From Candidatus Yanofskybacteria bacterium RIFCSPLOWO2_01_FULL_42_49 (GTDB taxonomy: Bacteria; Patescibacteriota; Minisyncoccia; 2-02-FULL-40-12; GWA2-44-9), in assembly GCA_001795615.1 (NCBI GenBank), contig MGKI01000014.1, positions 69,380-133,379 of the forward strand: a DNA stretch of 64,000 nucleotides, written 5' to 3'. The notes beneath the pieces are model-generated. The model did no database searches and was not told the DNA's origin. It saw only the letters and a program-made list of their open reading frames with translations. Both the position numbers and the translations under genes were made by a program. Shown here piece by piece: positions 18,521-28,500 of this stretch (the stretch's first letter is position 1; the number at the start of each line of letters is the position of its first letter).

Positions 18521-19414
18521 ATGCTAATAAGTACCGTCCAAAAACTCAAAGCCATTCCAAGTTATCTTTACAGGAATTATGCCGCTCCTAAATTTTACAG
18601 TATCCGAGACAGAATGATCCTGTCAAGAAATTTGGAACTTAAAAATAAATATGTCGGCCGGCGTTGTTTTATTCTTGGCGCCGGACCCTCTATAGCTGAC
18701 ACTGATCTTTCGCGGCTGAGACAAGAGCATGTTTTTGTAGTTAACGAGTTTGAGAAGAATAAACAGCATCGCTCTTTAACGCCGACATTTCACATCATAT
18801 CGGAATCAAATTATTTTAACGAAAACGGACCGGAGTATTGGCGCAACCGCTTTAAGGAAAAGAATAAATACATATCTGCCGACACAACTATTATAACCAA
18901 CTTGGCAGCAATACCATTCATTCAGAAACATGACTTGTTTAAAGAGCATAGGATATACTATACAGGCACACAGGGAATTTTCAGCAATAATCTGCCTTTT
19001 AGTATAGATCTTAATCACTATGTTCCCAATCCCAAAAATTCAATTTTAATGTGCATGATTGCGGCCACTTGGATGGGTTTTAATAAAATTTATCTTCTTG
19101 GCTGCGAACACAGTTTCCTGGCTCAACCTTTGGGTAAAAATAAATCTCTCGGGTTCGGTCATAGCTATGAAGATGAAACATCTAGCCTTGATAATGCCGA
19201 CAATGCAACCCTGAAGAAATATATTGATGCCAAAGAACTGAATTTTACCTACGAGATGAGCATCGCCAACATATTGCAATTATTTAAAAATTACCGCTTA
19301 TTTTACTCTAAAGCGCGCAGAATCCATCCAGATTTACAAATATTCAACGCCACGCCTAATAGTTTTCTGGATGTTTTTCCTATGATAAATTTTGAAGATA
19401 TAATGGGACTATGA
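18521..19414 (+). CDS. DUF115/Maf-like putative nonulosonate transferase
   Basis: RCFILGAGPS, FVVN, WMGFNKIYLLGCEH, IFNAT. Confidence 0.7.
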   Translation: MLISTVQKLKAIPSYLYRNYAAPKFYSIRDRMILSRNLELKNKYVGRRCFILGAGPSIADTDLSRLRQEHVFVVNEFEKNKQHRSLTPTFHIISESNYFNENGPEYWRNRFKEKNKYISADTTIITNLAAIPFIQKHDLFKEHRIYYTGTQGIFSNNLPFSIDLNHYVPNPKNSILMCMIAATWMGFNKIYLLGCEHSFLAQPLGKNKSLGFGHSYEDETSSLDNADNATLKKYIDAKELNFTYEMSIANILQLFKNYRLFYSKARRIHPDLQIFNATPNSFLDVFPMINFEDIMGL

Positions 19415-20136
19415 AACATATCCGATATAACAATATAGAGGTTGTATATAAAGAAAAGCTACATGGCGGAGGAATTAGATTCGGACAGCAATTTATTCCC
19501 ATAGTAAAGGAAAGGTTCGGCCATGTTGGCCACATATTTGAATTTTGTGCTGGACCTGGATTCATCGGATTTTCACTGCTTGCAAATAATCTCTGCGATA
19601 AATTAACTGTGGCCGATATAAACCCGGAAGCTGTTAAGGTGTTAAGTGAGACGGTCAAAAAAAATGGCCTAGAGTCAAAGGTTGCCGTCTATCTTTCCGA
19701 CTGTCTGGATAGCATACCTGAGACAGAAAAGTGGGATCTGGTCGTCAGTAACCCACCTCATGTTTTTTGCGCAAATGAAGATGAGCACAAAAAAAATATA
19801 ATTTTATTTGACCCTAATTTTAACATACATAAACGATTCTATAGGGATATCAAAAAATTTTTAAAGCCAACCGGTTCAGTGCTGCTTCAGGAACACACAG
19901 AATCAACAAACATAGACGATTTCAAAAGTATGATAGAAGAGAACGGGCTTAAAATAGTTGATGTTTTTACATATACTTCCCCAGTTAAAGTTATCGGCCC
20001 TAAAAACACTCTCGGTTTTAACTTTCCAACTCTGCGCAAAATTTTTAATCCGTTTAAAGTTTATAGGGCCGCAAAAAGACGGCTCTGGCCGAATAAGCCC
20101 AGGAACTATTATTTTATCCACGCTAAAATAGCATGA
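19411..20136 (+). CDS. Class I SAM-dependent methyltransferase
   Basis: EFCAGPGFIG, ADIN, WDLVVSNPPH. Confidence 0.85.
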   Translation: MKHIRYNNIEVVYKEKLHGGGIRFGQQFIPIVKERFGHVGHIFEFCAGPGFIGFSLLANNLCDKLTVADINPEAVKVLSETVKKNGLESKVAVYLSDCLDSIPETEKWDLVVSNPPHVFCANEDEHKKNIILFDPNFNIHKRFYRDIKKFLKPTGSVLLQEHTESTNIDDFKSMIEENGLKIVDVFTYTSPVKVIGPKNTLGFNFPTLRKIFNPFKVYRAAKRRLWPNKPRNYYFIHAKIA

Positions 20137-21983
20137 AGATTTTAGGTTTAAAAATTATTGACCACGACACGGGTGCCGCTCTCTTGGTGGATAACCAGGT
20201 AATAGCCATATCTCAAGAACGTCTAGATAGGAAGAAGTATTCCATGGCATTCCCGAAAGAATCTATTGATTACTGTTTGTCTGCGGCTGGCATAAAAAGT
20301 ATCGATGAAATAGATTCAGTCGCAGTTGAGCAAATAGATGCAACGCCTGCATCATTAATAAACCTGCTTAAACAACATGACTTGTGGGATAAGATCGCTC
20401 ACAAAACTATATTTGTTAACCATCATGATGCTCACGCAGCCAGTGCCTTTTTTTGTTCACCATTTGATGACGCGGCGGTTATGGTAGTTGATAGCGCCGG
20501 CCAAAAGGAAAAATTAGCAACGGGATTAATAGGCGTAGAGACGGAAACATTTTACAAAGGTAATAAAAATGGACTGTATCGGATCGTCCGCAATCATGCG
20601 CCAGTTAACCAATTTACCGGCCGGCTCTTGGATTTTTCCGGGATCGGCAATTTGTATTCACAGGTCACTTATTTTCTCGGGTTCGGCAAACATGAAGAGG
20701 GTAAAACAATGGGCCTAGCACCTTACGGAAAAGGTAGGTTAATTTCAGAGATTCCGGAAGAACAGTTCTTAAAAAAGGTAGACCAATTCCGTTATATCTT
20801 CCCTACTCGCCTAGAACCACACTCAGACATGGGCCTAAAATATCTCTTCAAAAAAACATCCTATTCCAGAAAATCTGCCCTAGTCAGAAAAATAAAATTA
20901 ATTATGCATTCTTTTTCTAAAAAGGGCTTGGCTTATGAAAAACCAGCACATTTCCCAAAGACGCCAGAGATTTTCTTTAAACACCCACGCGCAAATAAAA
21001 ATATCAAGCTTCCAGACAACTTTTACCCCCACACCCAGCCAGCGAATATTTATGATCGCCAAGAAGGCAATCGCCGGCTAGGTGTGGGGGTTTATACGGA
21101 ATTGGCTTACTGGGCACAGTTCTATTTAGAAAAAGTTATGACTGACTACGCTATATGTTTACACAATGTCACAAATTCAAAGAATCTTTGTATCGCCGGA
21201 GGCGTAGGCTTAAACAGTGTGGCCAACAAAAAGATCCTGGACAATACTCCTTTTGAAAATATTTTCATCCAACCCGCTTCCGGCGATTCCGGCTTGGCAT
21301 TGGGAGCAGCTTTGTGGGCCAATCACCAGTTCAATAAAAATCCGGTTGAGTGGAAAATGGATAACGCCTATCTTGGCAGAGAATATGGAGAGAAAGAAAT
21401 ATTGAATACCATCCAAGGATATCAATATGAAAAATTATCAAGTCCAGCCCAAACAGCGGCAAAATTACTGGCAGACGGAAAAATAATTGGCTGGTTTCAG
21501 GGTAAAAGTGAGCATGGCCCCAGAGCCTTGGGCAATAGAAGCATCCTATGCTCTCCCATTCCGCCCGGAATGAAAGACAAGCTGAACGCACAAGTAAAGC
21601 ATCGCGAATCATTTCGCCCATTTGCTCCAGCATGCCTCGAAGAATCTGCCGATGAATATTTTGAGCTTGATTGTCCAAGCCCGTTCATGCTTCTTGTTGC
21701 TAAGGTAAAAAAGGATAATATTCCCGCAGTAACCCACATAGACGGGACCGCCCGCGTCCAGACCGTCAATAGTAGTCAAAATCCGAAATTTTATTCGCTT
21801 ATAAAAGAATTCCAAAAACTAACCGGCGTACCAGTTGTATTAAATACATCGTTCAATGACTCTGGCGAACCCATTGTTGAAACGCCTGAAGACGCGATAA
21901 AAACTTTCAAATCCACAAACATTGACGCTCTCATCATCGGCGGCTATCTTCTCTTGCCGAACAATGACAAAATTAATACATAA
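20133..21983 (+). CDS. O-carbamoyltransferase (NodU/CmcH family)
   Basis: HDTGAAL, HHDAHAASAF, EGKTMGLAPYG, GGVGLN, GPRALGNRS, FRPFAP, LNTSFN. Confidence 0.93.
   Translation: MKILGLKIIDHDTGAALLVDNQVIAISQERLDRKKYSMAFPKESIDYCLSAAGIKSIDEIDSVAVEQIDATPASLINLLKQHDLWDKIAHKTIFVNHHDAHAASAFFCSPFDDAAVMVVDSAGQKEKLATGLIGVETETFYKGNKNGLYRIVRNHAPVNQFTGRLLDFSGIGNLYSQVTYFLGFGKHEEGKTMGLAPYGKGRLISEIPEEQFLKKVDQFRYIFPTRLEPHSDMGLKYLFKKTSYSRKSALVRKIKLIMHSFSKKGLAYEKPAHFPKTPEIFFKHPRANKNIKLPDNFYPHTQPANIYDRQEGNRRLGVGVYTELAYWAQFYLEKVMTDYAICLHNVTNSKNLCIAGGVGLNSVANKKILDNTPFENIFIQPASGDSGLALGAALWANHQFNKNPVEWKMDNAYLGREYGEKEILNTIQGYQYEKLSSPAQTAAKLLADGKIIGWFQGKSEHGPRALGNRSILCSPIPPGMKDKLNAQVKHRESFRPFAPACLEESADEYFELDCPSPFMLLVAKVKKDNIPAVTHIDGTARVQTVNSSQNPKFYSLIKEFQKLTGVPVVLNTSFNDSGEPIVETPEDAIKTFKSTNIDALIIGGYLLLPNNDKINT
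21025..21091. repeat. In-frame palindromic insertion, family A
   Basis: ACCCCCACACCCAGCC ... GGCTAGGTGTGGGGGT; TTTA on both sides of the CCCCC..GGGGG core; adds 23 codons. Confidence 0.85.
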
Positions 21984-22818
21984 AACGACTAAGAACCTCT
22001 TGCGCAAACTGCCCATTTTCCTTCCAGCTAAAAAACTGCATTATTTAGCGCGCAGATTCATATTTAAAATTTATAACGCTCTATTCCCAACCGCAACGAT
22101 ACTTCTTTACCATCGGATATCAGATTCAAAAAATGACCCTCATCGGCTTTGCGTATCGCCGGAAAATTTCCGCGAACAGATAAAATTTTTAAAAGAAAAT
22201 TTCCGCGTTATACCCCTGGTCCAGCTTGTCAGGGAAGTTCGTTCTAAAAAATTAAAAAGCAAGACCGTGGTCATTACCTTTGATGACGGCTATTCTGATA
22301 ATCTCCACAATGCCTTACCGGTTCTCCAAGAACTCGACATCCCAGCCACCATATTTTTTACGGCCGGTTATGTTGGCTCGAATAAGCTCTTTTATTGGGA
22401 CTTATATGCACAAACAGGCGAAAATACGCCCCCAGAAGACCAAGGTAGGCCATTGACCCTAGATGAGGCTAAAACCCTCTCTACGGCCCGTATAATCGAA
22501 ATTGGAGGCCATACTATAAACCACCCCAAACTAGCTAAAATACCCCCAAATGAGCAGTTTGTGGAAATATTCAAAGGGAAAATAATCGTTGAAGAAATGC
22601 TTGATATTCCCCTTTTAAGTTTTGCCTATCCGTTTGGAGGCAGGGACAGCTTTGATAAAAACACAATTGAACTGGTCAAAAAAGCCGGATTCCAATACGC
22701 TTGCTCCAACACACACAAAAGAGTGACAAATAATTCTAATATATATGCCTTACCCCGTTATGTGGTAAGAAATTGGAATTTAGAAGAATTTAAGAAAGAA
22801 TTCACTAAATTTATTTAA
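21964..22818 (+). CDS. Polysaccharide deacetylase (CE4/NodB domain)
   Basis: LLYHRI, ITFDDGY, GGHTINHP, FAYPFG; ATG at 21964 chosen as start. Confidence 0.9.
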   Translation: MTKLIHKTTKNLLRKLPIFLPAKKLHYLARRFIFKIYNALFPTATILLYHRISDSKNDPHRLCVSPENFREQIKFLKENFRVIPLVQLVREVRSKKLKSKTVVITFDDGYSDNLHNALPVLQELDIPATIFFTAGYVGSNKLFYWDLYAQTGENTPPEDQGRPLTLDEAKTLSTARIIEIGGHTINHPKLAKIPPNEQFVEIFKGKIIVEEMLDIPLLSFAYPFGGRDSFDKNTIELVKKAGFQYACSNTHKRVTNNSNIYALPRYVVRNWNLEEFKKEFTKFI

Positions 22819-22830
22819 TATTTACTCGGG

Positions 22831-24027
22831 ATGAATATTATCCAAATCAACACAATAGATAAAAAGGGTGGGGCAGCAATGGTTGCTTATTCTTTACAAC
22901 AAGAACTGGGAAAAAGGGGCCACACAATATCGATGTTTGTCGGGAGAAAGTATTCTGAGGAGAGTAATATTAAATTGCTTAACGACATGCGTTCTATCTC
23001 AGGTAAAGTCCGACGGAAACTTGCTTACTGGCTAGCTAATGACATCGATGTTTTTTCTTCTGACCACATTTTAAAAACTCCGGAATTTAAAAATGCCGAT
23101 ATCGTTCATTGCCACAATCTGCATAGCAACTACTTCAATCTGGGAACCTTGGAAAAAATGTCTCGCCTTAAGCCGGTTGTTTGGACATTCCATGATATGT
23201 GGCCGATTACCGCCCATTGTGGCCACGCTTTTAACGGTAAAATCAACAAGAATGGTTTTTTTACTTGTCCGGCCTTAAATATACCACCGGCTATCGCCTG
23301 GCACAACGAAAAATACCTAGAGAATAAAAAAACAAAAATATACAAAAACTCAAACTTTCACATTGTCACTCCCTCAAAATGGTTGGCGGAAAAAGTGGGT
23401 CAAAGTATTTTAAAAAATAAACCAATATCAATTATTTATAACGGCATTAACACAAACGCATTCAGCCCCTTACCCAAAGAGCAATGCCGCAAAGAACTAA
23501 ACCTGCCCTTGAACAAGAAGATTATTTTATCTGTTATTAAAAAACAAGATGACCAATGGAAAGGATGGGCGTTCGTAGTTGAAACTGCTGAACAATTCAA
23601 AAACAACAAAGATATTGTTTTTATAAACATCGGCAGAATCACCAGCAATAAGAACAATTTATTAGGACTTCCACCCATTAGCGAAGAAGGAGTGTTGAAA
23701 AAATACTATTCCGCCACCGATATTCTTCTCTATCCTTCAATAGCCGACAACTGTCCCTTGGTAGTCTTAGAAGCGATGGCTTGCGGTTTACCGATTGTCT
23801 CATTTAACACCGGCGGCATACCGGAGTTGATAGAACATAAAGCAAACGGATATATAGCCAAACATAAAGACACTGACGATCTCAAAAACGGTATAGAGTA
23901 TTTACTAAACTTGTCTAATCAAGAGTCAGAACAAATGAGACAACATTCAATAAAAAAAATAAAAAATGGATTTACGACGGAGAAAACGACTAACGAATAT
24001 ATTGAGCTTTACAATCACATCTTATAG
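22831..24027 (+). CDS. GT4 glycosyltransferase (WcaC-like)
   Basis: GGAA, HCHNLH, WTFHDMWP, DNCPLVVLEAMACG. Confidence 0.9.
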   Translation: MNIIQINTIDKKGGAAMVAYSLQQELGKRGHTISMFVGRKYSEESNIKLLNDMRSISGKVRRKLAYWLANDIDVFSSDHILKTPEFKNADIVHCHNLHSNYFNLGTLEKMSRLKPVVWTFHDMWPITAHCGHAFNGKINKNGFFTCPALNIPPAIAWHNEKYLENKKTKIYKNSNFHIVTPSKWLAEKVGQSILKNKPISIIYNGINTNAFSPLPKEQCRKELNLPLNKKIILSVIKKQDDQWKGWAFVVETAEQFKNNKDIVFINIGRITSNKNNLLGLPPISEEGVLKKYYSATDILLYPSIADNCPLVVLEAMACGLPIVSFNTGGIPELIEHKANGYIAKHKDTDDLKNGIEYLLNLSNQESEQMRQHSIKKIKNGFTTEKTTNEYIELYNHIL

Positions 24028-25521
24028 ATTGTGCGGCTGTATTTCTTTAAATTTATATGGTTCTTGAAAAGAGGACCAGTAAATTTTATTGGGCAGTAGT
24101 CCTAATTCGGTTCCGAAATATTGGTCAAAAATAAAACGAAAAGTGTTTACATTAGAAACACTCTTGGACAATATGTTTTTTGACTTCCCCGGCAGATAAA
24201 ACGCGCTGAAATTTGAAACCATGGTCAAGGGGTCAACCGATTCCGGATTAAATCCATGATCGGATTGAATAATAATGACTGGCGGAATTTCCGAGTTTGA
24301 AATTATCAACTCAACAGTCTCCATTATTTTTCTGTTTGTATATTGCAATTGGCCCAGGTAATACTCTTTTTCTTTAACTAAATCCATTTCTTCCGTGTCA
24401 GAAAATTTAGCGGCAACTTTTTCTCCGTTAGGACCGAATAAATACGGCCAGTGCGGAACAGGCAGATGAGCATAAATAAATTTAGGACCCCCCAAATTAA
24501 GTTCCGGCATTTCTCCCAATCTTTTAAAAGCAAGGTCAATAACCGTTCTCATTCTATAATTTAAATAATCCCTAAATATGTTGCGACGATTACTAACCAA
24601 TCTGATCAGGGTTGAGTCTAACAATTTATAACTAAATTCGCCAACAGGCGGTCGTCCTATTTCTGCATCAACGTTAGAGATCGGCCAGCCAACACGAAAA
24701 CTAACTATTTTATAACCCCGCTGTTTCAAAAACCCCACAACCTTGTTTTTTCGTATCATGTCCAACAGAAACCTTGTGTCGGCTTGGGATTCCAGCAACA
24801 TTCCGTCTCCCAAGTATTTCATGTTAAGGACCGAGGGCAAAGAAAGAAGTGTTTGGGAATAGTTGCTCCGGCTTTCATCGGAAATTATAAAACCTTTTTC
24901 TTCAAGAAAGTCCGAAAATTCTTTATTGTCATAGCCGAAAAAATTTTTTAAAATTCCATTGCCCGCATATCTGTCCGGGATAATGTAATAAATATCCGGT
25001 AAATTAGCAGTCGCACTGTTTCCCTTGTCGATAGTTTGTAAAATGTCAGTTTTTATCCCTCCAACCCCACCAATCCCATATATAACTATGCTTATAAGCG
25101 GTATCAGCACAAGAACAACCGATGACAGATTAAGAATTTTTGTAAACGGTAACAGATATTTTTTAGTTTTGAGAACAAAAAACCCACCCGACAAAATCAT
25201 AACGAACCACACCGGAAATAAAAATTTGTGTCTTCCGACCAAAAGATCGGCCATTTTAACGCCATGAAAAATATCGTAAAAAATGCCGTAATAAAGGAAA
25301 AAAACAACGACGAGAGAGCTTATTATGCCAGCTTTATGACAGTCCGGAATTAACATTTTTAAAACAAAAAAGGCCGTGGCCGCAAATAAAAGAGCAACGA
25401 ATATCGGTACTAAAACTACATCAAATGCGATATGATTTCCAAGTTCACTAATGTTGTGAGCAAATAAAAAAACAATGAAAGAAACAGAAAGCAAAAAGGG
25501 GTGGAAAATGTATTTAGCCAC
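24022..25521 (-). CDS. Membrane alkaline-phosphatase-superfamily (sulfatase/LtaS/EptA-like, NoeB-like) protein
   Basis: About five N-terminal TM segments, PDIYYIIPD, SNYSQT, PHWPY, IIIQSDHG. Confidence 0.75.
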   Translation of the reverse strand: MAKYIFHPFLLSVSFIVFLFAHNISELGNHIAFDVVLVPIFVALLFAATAFFVLKMLIPDCHKAGIISSLVVVFFLYYGIFYDIFHGVKMADLLVGRHKFLFPVWFVMILSGGFFVLKTKKYLLPFTKILNLSSVVLVLIPLISIVIYGIGGVGGIKTDILQTIDKGNSATANLPDIYYIIPDRYAGNGILKNFFGYDNKEFSDFLEEKGFIISDESRSNYSQTLLSLPSVLNMKYLGDGMLLESQADTRFLLDMIRKNKVVGFLKQRGYKIVSFRVGWPISNVDAEIGRPPVGEFSYKLLDSTLIRLVSNRRNIFRDYLNYRMRTVIDLAFKRLGEMPELNLGGPKFIYAHLPVPHWPYLFGPNGEKVAAKFSDTEEMDLVKEKEYYLGQLQYTNRKIMETVELIISNSEIPPVIIIQSDHGFNPESVDPLTMVSNFSAFYLPGKSKNILSKSVSNVNTFRFIFDQYFGTELGLLPNKIYWSSFQEPYKFKEIQPHNL

Positions 25522-25524
25522 AGT

Positions 25525-27096
25525 TTATAACAGGCCCCATGGAACCTGTTTTATATTTTTAAAATCTGAGTGATTCTTTAAAAGCAAATAATCATAATAC
25601 TTATAAATCTTATCCTCCAAGAGATCATAATCGGCATTAAAATAGTTCTTAAAAATAAAACGGAAAGTGTTTACATTTGTGAGATTATCCGGCAAAAGCG
25701 TCTTTTTGCCGCCCGGTAAATAGAGTGCGCTAAAATTCTTGCCGCTTGCCCTAGTTGCTGTGGTAAATGTTTCTAACTCAAAAAAACGGTCGGACAAATC
25801 GTTCATCCAAAATACATAACCATGATCTGACTGAATTATAATAATAGGTTCCGTTTTAGACTTAGCTAATATCTCGTCAACAACCAAACTCAACTGTTTA
25901 TTTGCAAAGATAAGCTGGTCCAGCCAAAAACGACCATACTCCTCTTCTGTTAAAATAGAGGCCTCTTCAACGTTTACTTCTTCACCGTTACGATCGAATA
26001 AAAACGGCGGATGTGGAAGGAAAAGATGAAGAAAGACAAATTTGGGTCCGCCAACATCCAACTCTGGAATTTCTTTTAACTTCTCAAAACTGTATAAAAT
26101 TCTTTTTCTTTCCTCGTTATTTATGCTAAATCCAAAAAACTGTCTTTTGCTTACAAAGTATTTAAGCAATGAAGTTTCAATTATCCGATGGGAAAAATTA
26201 TTAAGACGACTTGGATTAAATCTTATATCGGCATACTTGTTATAGCTTGTTATGCCTAGGCCGGAATCAAACTGTATAATTTTATAACCCTGTGCCTTGA
26301 GAAATTGCTGAACACGGTTATTGTGGATTAGATTCGCTATGTCGTTCTTCTCTATAGTTTCAGGAAGCAGGTTATCCAAATAATCCATATTCATCGTTGC
26401 GGGTATGGACAGAACGGTATTTTGATAATTTGAATGGTTTTTCGAAAGAACCGAAAACCCTTTTTTCTTTAAAAAATTAATGAACTCACTATTGTCGTAA
26501 TTATGTACTTCTTTAAGTATATCCACGCGAGCATATGAGTCAGGAACAATATAATAAATATCGGGCAAATTTTGGTCTTGATTTAAACCTGTTTGAACCG
26601 CACCATCTTCAAAAACAACACTGCTTCGGCTATTTGAATAAGCGCTGAAACCAATACTTACAAAAGAAAAAGCAATTAACGCAAATCCAGCGGTTCTAAA
26701 AAACTTATATACAGCTCCCAAATCCTTGGATCTCATAATAAAATAGCTGGCCGATATAAAAGAAAAAATTCCCAAAGGATATAAATATTTGTCCCTGACA
26801 ATGCCTATATCTATCAGCCATCCAACAGAAAGAAGCAGTTCTTTAAAATTCCCGTATGACAGAAAAACTATAAAAAACAAAGAAAGAATCAACCCCGACT
26901 TTATATAATCTTTAACAAAGATACTTAAAATAATGGTAAAAACCAGAACTATAAAAGTAACAATGAAAAGAGGCAACCACAGCATCTCATACTTCAATTC
27001 GCTTATATTGTGGGCAAAAAGAAAAAGTATGGGAAAAATTCCATACAATAACGGCAGATATGGGATATTTTTGATAAAATCTTTAATTTTTATCAT
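25525..27096 (-). CDS. Membrane alkaline-phosphatase-superfamily (NoeB-like) protein, paralogue
   Basis: Same architecture: PDIYYIVPD, SNYQNT, PHPPF, IIIQSDHG. Confidence 0.75.
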   Translation of the reverse strand: MIKIKDFIKNIPYLPLLYGIFPILFLFAHNISELKYEMLWLPLFIVTFIVLVFTIILSIFVKDYIKSGLILSLFFIVFLSYGNFKELLLSVGWLIDIGIVRDKYLYPLGIFSFISASYFIMRSKDLGAVYKFFRTAGFALIAFSFVSIGFSAYSNSRSSVVFEDGAVQTGLNQDQNLPDIYYIVPDSYARVDILKEVHNYDNSEFINFLKKKGFSVLSKNHSNYQNTVLSIPATMNMDYLDNLLPETIEKNDIANLIHNNRVQQFLKAQGYKIIQFDSGLGITSYNKYADIRFNPSRLNNFSHRIIETSLLKYFVSKRQFFGFSINNEERKRILYSFEKLKEIPELDVGGPKFVFLHLFLPHPPFLFDRNGEEVNVEEASILTEEEYGRFWLDQLIFANKQLSLVVDEILAKSKTEPIIIIQSDHGYVFWMNDLSDRFFELETFTTATRASGKNFSALYLPGGKKTLLPDNLTNVNTFRFIFKNYFNADYDLLEDKIYKYYDYLLLKNHSDFKNIKQVPWGLL

Positions 27097-27102
27097 CCTT
27101 AT

Positions 27103-28500
27103 TTATAACCCCTGGATCTTCCTCATAAGATAGAGCACTCTGTTGGAGTCTTCGATCTGATGCACCTTTTCGATTTTAAAATATAGGCTGAATGTTTTTT
27201 CAAACGATTCTTTGTCGTAATTAAAAAATACATCTTTTCGCGTAGAAAGCAATCTCTGAACCTGGGAATCTTCTTTCGACACAAATTCAATAATAAGCGA
27301 GTTGCCTATCCGGCTGAAGAATTCGGCGATAATCGAAAACGGCAAATTATTTGAAATGGCTAAATGGTGAACTAGCGCCAACGCAAAAACAACATCTGCC
27401 GGACCTCTTTCAACCAAAGACATTCTTTCTTTTAGTGCCCAGCCAATGGCAGGCGAGGGATTAAACAAGTCCGCGATAAGAGGCAAAATATTTTTTTCTT
27501 TGTTTTTTCGTAATCCAATATAATTCTGTTCAACTGCCGCAGGATCAATGTCAAATGCTATAGTAAAAATGTTATTGTCGGAAGCGAGACGACTAAACAG
27601 GCCATTATTAGCCCCAAGATCCCAAACCGAATTTGGTTCAATAATCTTCAAAAATTCAGATATCGTCCTTTTCTTATCTTCAAACCCTCTAACGGAGTAA
27701 TTAGTCTTGTCGTAGTAATCAGCCCATTCCGTATTTTTCGCTTCCCATTTAAACCCTTTAATGGCACGCTCCAAGTTATCAATTAGCACCAACAATCTCT
27801 GACGGCTTAAATAAACCTTTTTATCCTTCAGGGTCTTGTTTGAAAAATATTTCTGGGTTTTAGCGTGAAGATGAATGTGAGATAAAATGGAAAGAATAAA
27901 ACGGGTTTTTAGCGGCAATAATGAACTTGCCAAATCCAGAGGAACGCCGTCTATATAAATCCTGAACAGCTGGCTCAGTCGGACATCTCGATAACTCATA
28001 AGGGCAAGCGGGGCAAGAAAGTGCTGGCAGAATTGCTTATAAGCAACCCAGGGCTCTCCTTCCTTATACTTTTCAAAAGAAAGCGTATCAATTAAAATCG
28101 GCTTGCTGTCTTTAAACTGGATATTATAAGCACTGGCATCTTTCAAGGACATACCGAATTCAAGCGCCTTTTTCTGAATTTTAAGAGTTAGCAGGGCCGC
28201 GTCTTTTAACTGACTAAAGCACCACTCGTAGGGATAAGAAATAAAGGGTACTAATTCTGGTTTTATTATTTTATATCCCCCTTTAGACATCGGGACTCCC
28301 TCAGCAATCTCTTCGTGGCCTATTATAAAATCATCATTTAAAAGAGCCCCATAGAGGCCAGAGGATAAAAAATAATCAAAATTATCTTTGTGGGAAAGAT
28401 TAATTTGACGCAAAAGTGTTCTTTCGCTATAAAAAATGAATCCGCTTGGATCCCTAAAAGAGCTAGACAATTTGTCATTGTTAGCTTTATCGTTCTCCAT
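27103..28500 (-). CDS. NoeA-like protein: kinase-like N-domain + class I methyltransferase
   Basis: SFRDPSG, SYPYEW, LKDASAYN, IDTLSF; WDLGANNG, FDID, LALVHHL. Confidence 0.8.
   Translation of the reverse strand: MENDKANNDKLSSSFRDPSGFIFYSERTLLRQINLSHKDNFDYFLSSGLYGALLNDDFIIGHEEIAEGVPMSKGGYKIIKPELVPFISYPYEWCFSQLKDAALLTLKIQKKALEFGMSLKDASAYNIQFKDSKPILIDTLSFEKYKEGEPWVAYKQFCQHFLAPLALMSYRDVRLSQLFRIYIDGVPLDLASSLLPLKTRFILSILSHIHLHAKTQKYFSNKTLKDKKVYLSRQRLLVLIDNLERAIKGFKWEAKNTEWADYYDKTNYSVRGFEDKKRTISEFLKIIEPNSVWDLGANNGLFSRLASDNNIFTIAFDIDPAAVEQNYIGLRKNKEKNILPLIADLFNPSPAIGWALKERMSLVERGPADVVFALALVHHLAISNNLPFSIIAEFFSRIGNSLIIEFVSKEDSQVQRLLSTRKDVFFNYDKESFEKTFSLYFKIEKVHQIEDSNRVLYLMRKIQGL

Noticed and set aside
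19411..20136. DNA adenine methyltransferase (NPP motif)
   Set aside because: NPPH in a small PrmC-like fold within a glycan operon, with no restriction or specificity gene
20133..28500. Nod-factor synthesis cluster (NodU-, NodB-, NoeA/B-like genes)
   Set aside because: No NodA or NodC; these families are common in general surface-glycan loci
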